The position numbers and the translations under genes were made by a program. Below, in pieces: positions 56,750 to 64,000 of a stretch of 64,000 bases of DNA (positions are counted from its first letter, which is position 1; the number at the start of each line of letters is the position of its first letter). The notes below the pieces were generated by a model. The model was given only the letters and a program-made list of their open reading frames with translations, was not told the DNA's origin and ran no database searches. Origin of the DNA: Lama guanicoe (lineage: Eukaryota); NCBI GenBank assembly GCA_013239625.1, contig MU053376.1, positions 2,220,507 to 2,284,506 of the forward strand, given 5' to 3'.

Positions 56750-57150
56750 ATGTATCAGGATGTCTTTGGCTCTGAGCAATAAAAGAGTCCCACTAAAAGC
56801 AGTTTAAACAGTAAGGAAAGTCTGTTTTTACCAAGAAGTCATGAGGGATGCTTGGTGATGTCAACAAGGTAGCTGCCACCTCTCCTGGTTGCTTCCTTCA
56901 GTGCGTTGGTTTATCCCGTTTGGCTGGTCTCTCTCGTGTTACCAAGTGACTGCCGTGGTGCCAGGCACCGCATTCAGGAGGGGTGATGTGCGCTCCTTGT
57001 GTTCCCTTTAAGAGGCCTCTCGGCAGATTCCCCCAAAGTTTACTAAGGGTCAGGTCTTAGTAAAAGGGCCTGGGATTAATGAGATGGACTCAGACTAGTC
57101 AAGATTCGGCCCCCGAGGCAGGTGAGGGATCCAGGCTCCCTTTATACCCT
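56750..57150. mobile_element. MLT1-type LTR remnant inside a MIR
   Basis: tgtatcaggatgtctttggctctgagcaataaaag...; flanked by MIR halves ccccattttaca / gttaagtaacttgctcaaag. Confidence 0.5.
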
Positions 57151-57782
57151 GGCCACCTGCTCCACGGAAGAAGAGGGGAGAGGAATGAGGCTTATGAGTT
57201 AAGTAACTTGCTCAAAGTTGCATATCTAGTGAGAACCAGGATTTAAACCACATCTGGCTGACACCCGAGGCCACCTGTTGGTTGAAAGGACATTGCATGG
57301 AATTTGGTGTACTGGGTTTGAGGGATCCTGGAGTTACCTTATCTTACCGATCTGGAGTCTCCCCTCTTTCTAGGCCCCTTTCCTTTGTTGTTTGGGTTTT
57401 TCTCAGTCCGTCTGTCTCCCCAGGCCTCCTTTACTCCCTGTCTACCCGTGCTTGACTCTGCCCGCCATCTGGAATTGACTTTGTACTCTTAGCTGTGGAA
57501 GGGCGCAGCTGGGCAAAATGGTCAAGGGTGATCTCAGTGTAGCTGTCAAGGCCCTGTGAGGGGTCATCTTGAGGTTTCTTTTAGAGCAGCAGCTAAGGGA
57601 GCTGCAGAGCTCTGCGTCAGGACTTAGGAGAAGGAGGCTCGGGGAGGGCGCTGGGGCGCTGGTGGTGGACCAGCTGTAGGCGGCGTGGATGGTGCGACAG
57701 GCGGGGTGGACCGGGCTTGGGGTAGGCCCCCAGTGCTCCCTGCAGCCCCCGAGCAGTTTCTCAGGAGGCGTTGGTCTTGCAG

Positions 57783-57922
57783 ATGCTTCAGGACTGTCCC
57801 AAGGCCCGCCGCGAGGTGGAGCTGCACTGGCGGGCCTCCCAGTGCCCGCACATTGTGCGCATCGTGGACGTGTATGAGAACCTGTATGCGGGGAGGAAGT
57901 GCCTGCTGATTGTCATGGAGTG
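57783..57922 (+). CDS. MAPKAPK2: MK2 coding exon 2 (140 nt)
   Basis: ttgcag|ATGCTTCAG; MLQDCPKARREVELHWRASQCPHIVRIVDVYENLYAGRKCLLIVME; donor TG|gtgagc. Confidence 0.97.
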
Positions 57923-58096
57923 GTGAGCAGCCTTCCTCTTTGTTCCTGGCCCAACCTGATCCCACCCCTGCTTAGGCCCCTGACCTTCTAAGGATGGCCA
58001 GATGGGGACTCAAGCCTAAAATGTAAACGCTTGACTTCTTTTGGTGGGAGCGTGATGGTGGTGTGTGCACCAGATGTGACTGTGGCTTTGTTTCAG

Positions 58097-58161
58097 TTTG
58101 GATGGTGGAGAGCTCTTTAGCCGAATCCAGGACCGAGGAGACCAAGCCTTCACAGAAAGAG
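58097..58161 (+). CDS. MAPKAPK2: MK2 coding exon 3 (65 nt)
   Basis: tttcag|TTTGGATGG; (C)LDGGELFSRIQDRGDQAFTER; donor G|gtagaa. Confidence 0.97.
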
Positions 58162-58416
58162 GTAGAAAGGGTCTGTTGTGGGAACCAGGCTTTGGCAGGC
58201 AGTGCAGCAGGGTGTCTGAAGGGGGCCTCGGGCAGCCGCTGCTCTCCTGAGAGGTGCTGAGGCCTGCTGCTCCTCCAGCTCGTGCTGAGTTCCTGGGGTG
58301 GGGGGTGGATGCAGGGAGCCTGGGGCTGTGTCGGGGGCCTGGGGTATTGGGTTTTCAGACCTAATGACACATCTTGTGGCTTTTCTTCCCTCTCTTTCCT
58401 GCTCTCTTCTCTGCAG

Positions 58417-58496
58417 AGGCGTCAGAAATCATGAAGAGCATCGGTGAGGCCATCCAGTATTTACACTCGATCAACATCGCCCATCGGGATGTCAAG
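58417..58496 (+). CDS. MAPKAPK2: MK2 coding exon 4 (80 nt), contains HRD motif
   Basis: Long pyrimidine tract, ctgcag|AGGCG; (E)ASEIMKSIGEAIQYLHSINIAHRDVK; donor AAG|gtaccc. Confidence 0.97.
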
Positions 58497-58993
58497 GTAC
58501 CCGCTGTGCTTACTGCCCCCCTGCCGCCCCCCAGCTCAGGTGTCCTGGAGGCCATGGGGGTCAGGGTCACGGCGACCTCAGGAAGATTCCCAGAGTCGTC
58601 CTGCATCCTTGAGCCTGGGTGAGGGCAGAGTGGGACAGAGTGCTACCCTCTGCCCTGCAGGGCCCTGCCTTCTCTGGGCAGACCCCCAACCCGGTCTGTA
58701 AGCCTCCTGAGGCCACACTCAGCCCCGTGGTCCTCCTGAGTCAGGCCCTCTCAGTCACACCTTTGGTCTCTGAGTCCCTGTGGTGTTTACTGCTGGGTCT
58801 CTGTGTGAGTCTCTCATCTCCAAGCACCCTGTACGCTCTCGGGAGGCTGGGTCCTCGTGGCGTGCAGATCATAGGGGCTGGACAGATGGTTGTAGAACAG
58901 AGGAAGGAAGGGAGGGAGGAATCTTTACCCTTTGGGTTTCTGGTAGCCCCGCCAGGTTCAGCAGGGCTGTTACTTATGTCTCTCTTTCTGTAG

Positions 58994-59254
<261 letters not shown>

Positions 59255-59595
59255 TGAGCCGAAGTGGGGCTTGTTGGAGCTCAGCTGGGGTTGAAGCAGT
59301 GTAGGAAGTTACCTGCCTGAGTTTGTGGGTAGGACTTTGCACACACGTGCGCTTTTCCTGAGATGAGCCCGCCGCTCCCATCAGACTCCCGATGGAGTCT
59401 GGGACGCAGATTTGATCAGGAGTCCCAGCTGATAGGTACGGAGTAAACTCTGAAAATGTGTTTGTCAAATTAAATGGCAGCCTGAAAGGCTCTTGCAGTT
59501 CAAGAATTGTTTCCCATTGAGATTCCAACCCCTAGGGCTCCTCTTGCAGGAGGGTCTTCTGCTCCCCTCCATCCAGGCCAGCGCCTGGACTGTGA

Positions 59596-59811
<216 letters not shown>

Positions 59812-60179
59812 TGAGTGTACGGGTAGGAGCCTTGGGGGAGCGGGGCTGGGCTGGGCTAGGGCAGGGAGTGGAAGGAGGCCTTCATCTCTCTGGGACAAGA
59901 GGAAGAGGCAAAGATTAGTATTCCCCTTCTGGATGGGAGATGCCCTGGGAATCCCCTGCATGTCCCCTCCTCTCAGTGTTCCATGGATTCTGACAGCTAA
60001 GTGCTGTAAACTAGCTAATGGGCAGGAAAACGTGTGGTTAGATACTTGGTGTGTTGGATTCCGGAGCCCTGTCCTTGACTTTGTATATTGTCCCTGAATC
60101 AGTGAGTTACAATTTCTGTGTGACTTTACAAGAAGAAGCCTGTGTCTCACTCTGTTCCTGGTGCAGGGCTTCTAAATAA

Positions 60180-60479
<300 letters not shown>

Positions 60480-60633
60480 TAAAGGGCTTGCAGCAAAGCT
60501 AGGGGTGTGGGGTGTTCAGGGCTCTCGGGTGGTGGAGCCGTTTTGGTCCTCAGGGCCAGCTCCTCAGCAGCCCCCTCTGAGTCTGGTTTCCCCCTGCAAA
60601 CCGTGGGAAGAGCAGGAGGAAAGGGGCCCCTGA

Positions 60634-61071
<438 letters not shown>

Positions 61072-61189
61072 TGAGCGCTTCCCTGACCACGCTGTGGGCA
61101 GAGGATGCTTTGTTGGGTTTAACTTGGCCGTGGCTGTTTCCTCCAAGCCCTCTACTCCCTGGGTCTCTAAAGGGACTTGAAAGGCCACC

Positions 61190-61300
61190 TGGTACCATCT
61201 CCTCACTTCATGTATGAGGAGACTGAGGCCCAGAGAAGGGGGTGACCCGTCGTGGGTCGTGCAGCTGGTGACTGGTGGCGCGGACGAGAACCCCGGTGCC
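61190..61300 (-). mobile_element. MIR fragment in intron 9
   Basis: atgaggagactgaggcccagagaagggggtgacc. Confidence 0.6.
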
Positions 61301-61468
61301 CTGCCTTCCTGTGGGGTCGTTGGAGGGCTCTCTGGGAGCGGCACTGACCCAGCCCTGGGCCCGAGCCAGCCCACCCTCTGTCCCTGCCCCTGCTCTGTCA
61401 CCCTTGTCCCACCCCTGCTATGTCTCTCACTTCTCACGGCTTTGCTGGTGCACCCCCCACCCCTCCAG

Positions 61469-61612
61469 GAGGAGATGACCAGTGCCTTGGCCACGATGCG
61501 GGTTGACTACGAGCAGATCAAGATAAAAAAGATCGAAGATGCGTCCAACCCTCTGCTTCTGAAGAGGCGGAAGAAGGCTCGGGCCCTGGAGGCCGCGGCC
61601 CTTGCTCACTGA
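61469..61612 (+). CDS. MAPKAPK2: MK2 coding exon 10 (NES, bipartite NLS / p38 docking region, stop)
   Basis: ctccag|GAGGAG; EEMTSALATMRVDYEQIKIKKIEDASNPLLLKRRKKARALEAAALAH then TGA; the ten exons sum to 1239 nt = 412 aa + stop with consistent phases. Confidence 0.97.
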   Translation, partial: EEMTSALATMRVDYEQIKIKKIEDASNPLLLKRRKKARALEAAALAH

Positions 61613-63155
61613 GCCGCTGAGCCCGCCCAGCTCTACTGGAGGACAAGCAATAACTCTCGACCCGAATATATTTTTTAAACGAAGAGACACAGAACTGTCC
61701 ACTTCCGCCTCCCCTCCTCCTCGGCTGTGTGGAGCCTGGACCTCGTCAGAGGCTGAGTTCTGGCCGCCCCCGCGAGGGAGCCGCTGGGAGGCCAGGAGGG
61801 CATGGAGAGAAGGAGCAAGATGCTCTTGGACCTGGGCTCCTTCTGCGATTTTATCAGTAATTTGACTTGGAATTTTTATGAAACCTCTTTTATTGTTCTT
61901 CCCCTCACTCTCGCTGCTCCTCTCCCCCAGACCCCTGCCTCTCTGGATCTTGCAAGGGTTTGGGGTTTGTTCAAGGGTGTTTGTGGAGACCGTGATGGGG
62001 AGCGTCCCTGTGTTGTCCCATCTGCCCTTTCCGATTTCCCACTACAGCCCGGTCCCCAATGGCTGAGGCATCCTGGGAGCTGCAGGCCACGGAGAGCTGG
62101 GGCCAGGCGGCCGCCCCTCCTCTGCTGAGCTCTCGGACACCACCAGTGTGCCCGGCAGATGGGAGTGAGTGTGGGTGTGTGTGTGTGCGTGTGCCCGTGC
62201 GCGTGTGCCTGGGTCAGGGCCTGGGCTTGTGCATTTGAGGGGCCAGGGGCAGGCGGGGCTGCGGAGGGGGGCCCCCCGTGGCTCAGGAACCCTCTCCCTC
62301 CTCGGGCCTGCTCTGCCCGCATCGGGCCTTCCGAAGTGCCTGGGAAGCCTGTCCAGATCCTGAGCCAGGCCGTCGCGCCCGCCTCTGTGAGCTGGTTCCG
62401 GGGGGGTGGAGAGGAGTGACTTAGCCCCCCCCCAGCCATCCGGAAGACTGGAGCCCCGCCCCGGGACCCGGCTCCCCTCTCAGTGCTGGGCCGGGTCCTC
62501 TGCGGCGCTGATATACCGAGTCACCTCTCTGCTTCCCCTTCCTGCCATTATTAACCCATCTTCTTTATTTTCTGACATTTTAGCCATTTCTCAGCAGGCC
62601 CCCTCTCAGCCCTCGGGGGTGAGCCTGGGCGGTTTATGAATGACACAGAGCTACTGCCTTTCCGGGCCTCCCGGGGTCCGGGGGCGTCGGCCAGCGAGCC
62701 CTGTGGTCGAAGGCAGCACCGCTTATGTGGCCCTGCTGTAAACTCTGCCATGTGGCCCTGAGGGTGGGGGGGGGTCTTCGCACCAAAGATGTCCCAACTC
62801 TGCCCCTTCCCCATCAGCCACCGTGCCCCCACCCCAAACAACTCAGCATCGCGTGTCCAGGCCAGTGAGGGGGTGGGGTGGGGAGCCCCCACGTATGCAT
62901 GAGGAGCAGTGTGAGGAGAGGCCCTCTGTGCCATGGTCCCTTGGGGCAGGGGTGGCACTAATATTTCAGCTTTCATCTCCCTCAGGGGCAGGGTTTGGGG
63001 GTCGGGGGTGCCCAGGGTCTTCTCTGGGCAGGGAGGAGGGCTCTGAGGACCTGCAGTACCTCCCTGACTCTGACGGTGTGTCCAGCACTCAGATTGTTGT
63101 AAACTGTTGTTTTGTATGAGCAAAATTGTCTTTACTAAACAGATTTAATAGTTGA
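61613..63155 (+). other. MAPKAPK2: MAPKAPK2 3' UTR (3' end approximate)
   Basis: Follows the stop codon; ends in an AT-rich block with ACTAAA followed by a U-rich downstream element. Confidence 0.7.
63134..63139 (+). terminator. Variant polyadenylation signal ACTAAA
   Basis: No AATAAA seen between stop and 63200; ACTAAA has upstream TGTA motifs and downstream tgttttctttctc. Confidence 0.6.
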
Positions 63156-64000
63156 AATGTTTTCTTTCTCTTCCTTCATGGGGCTCAGCCCCTTGACTCC
63201 CCCACCTCTCTTATCCCCATGCGTGGAGATCCGTGTTGTGAGTGGGGAGGGCAGGGTCCTGGGGTCCTGGGAGAGGAGAGGAGGGCCTCCCGGATGAGAG
63301 GGAGCCAGCGCCTGCCCCGTCGAGGGCCTGGCCGGGGTGTGATGTGTCTGGTGTGGGTTTTTGAAGAGCAGGGCCGGTGACACCCACGGCTGGAGAGCCT
63401 TTGCCCATCTGCCAGGTACTGAATCAAGGGCCAGGCGCCGGCACCCTCAGCCTTGGGGGCCGGCTGGCGTGGGGGTCCATGAAGAAGTTGGTGGTGTTGG
63501 TGAATTGGTTCAAATTCTGGGAAAGAGACCAGAGGAGCAAGTTGCTGTAGTTCCTGAAAGTACCAGGAGGGGGTGATAGGGGTCAGGCAGAAACCAGAAT
63601 ACTCTTCGTTGGACCTGGAAGGGGCCCCAGGGCTCATGTGACTGATTCCCCTCAACTGACAGATGGGAAGACTGAGGCCCAGGGGTGGGCTATTTGGGGT
63701 CATGCAGTGAATTGGTTTGCCATAGAGTCTAAGGTGGAAATTGCTCTACCGACCCCACTGCTCTTCCTCCCAGTCAGATGGAAAATGGCCATAGACAGTT
63801 TGACCTGCGTTTTCTCACGTGCTCCTCAGAGCTGTCAGGGGAGGAAGGCAGGGAGGGACTGTTATCCCTGTTTTATGAGGAAACCCACTGAGGGTCAGGG
63901 CATGTGCTGGGGGTCACAGCTGACTGGTTTGGACTGGAACTCGGGATCCCGAAGGCCTGGGGTCGTCCTCAGACCCAGCCTCGCAGCTGGAGGGGAGGCC

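Noticed and set aside
61466..61474. NAGNAG-like acceptor (CAG GAG GAG) at exon 10
   Set aside because: GAG is a poor acceptor and the effect would be loss of one Glu; no supporting evidence.

Overview
Mammalian genomic DNA, probably camelid (inferred from a tRNA-derived SINE and the style of the L1 3' ends). The window holds one complete protein-coding gene, MAPKAPK2 (MK2), on the + strand. It has 10 coding exons (18081-61612, 1239 nt, 412 aa), a CpG-island promoter at about 17.6-19.3 kb, a 39.4-kb first intron and a 3' UTR of about 1.5 kb that probably ends after a variant ACTAAA signal. The remainder is intergenic or intronic DNA rich in old repeats (MIR, L2, L1, MLT1, MER3, MER20, MER91, Tigger-like) plus one ERV solo LTR. 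The most unusual signal is in exon 1: a diverged 56-bp tandem duplication spanning the start codon. It rewrites the MK2 N-terminus, appears to compensate for a frameshifting deletion, and leaves a second out-of-frame ATG in identical Kozak context that opens a spliced 117-aa alternative ORF. An in-frame upstream CUG adds a third possible start. Other candidates are an alternative last-exon acceptor in intron 9, an in-frame alternative acceptor at exon 2 and an antisense LTR promoter with a periodic CCAAT array. Comparisons to human MK2 and repeat family names are from memory and need alignment; repeat boundaries are approximate. No CRISPR, rRNA or genuine tRNA genes were seen.
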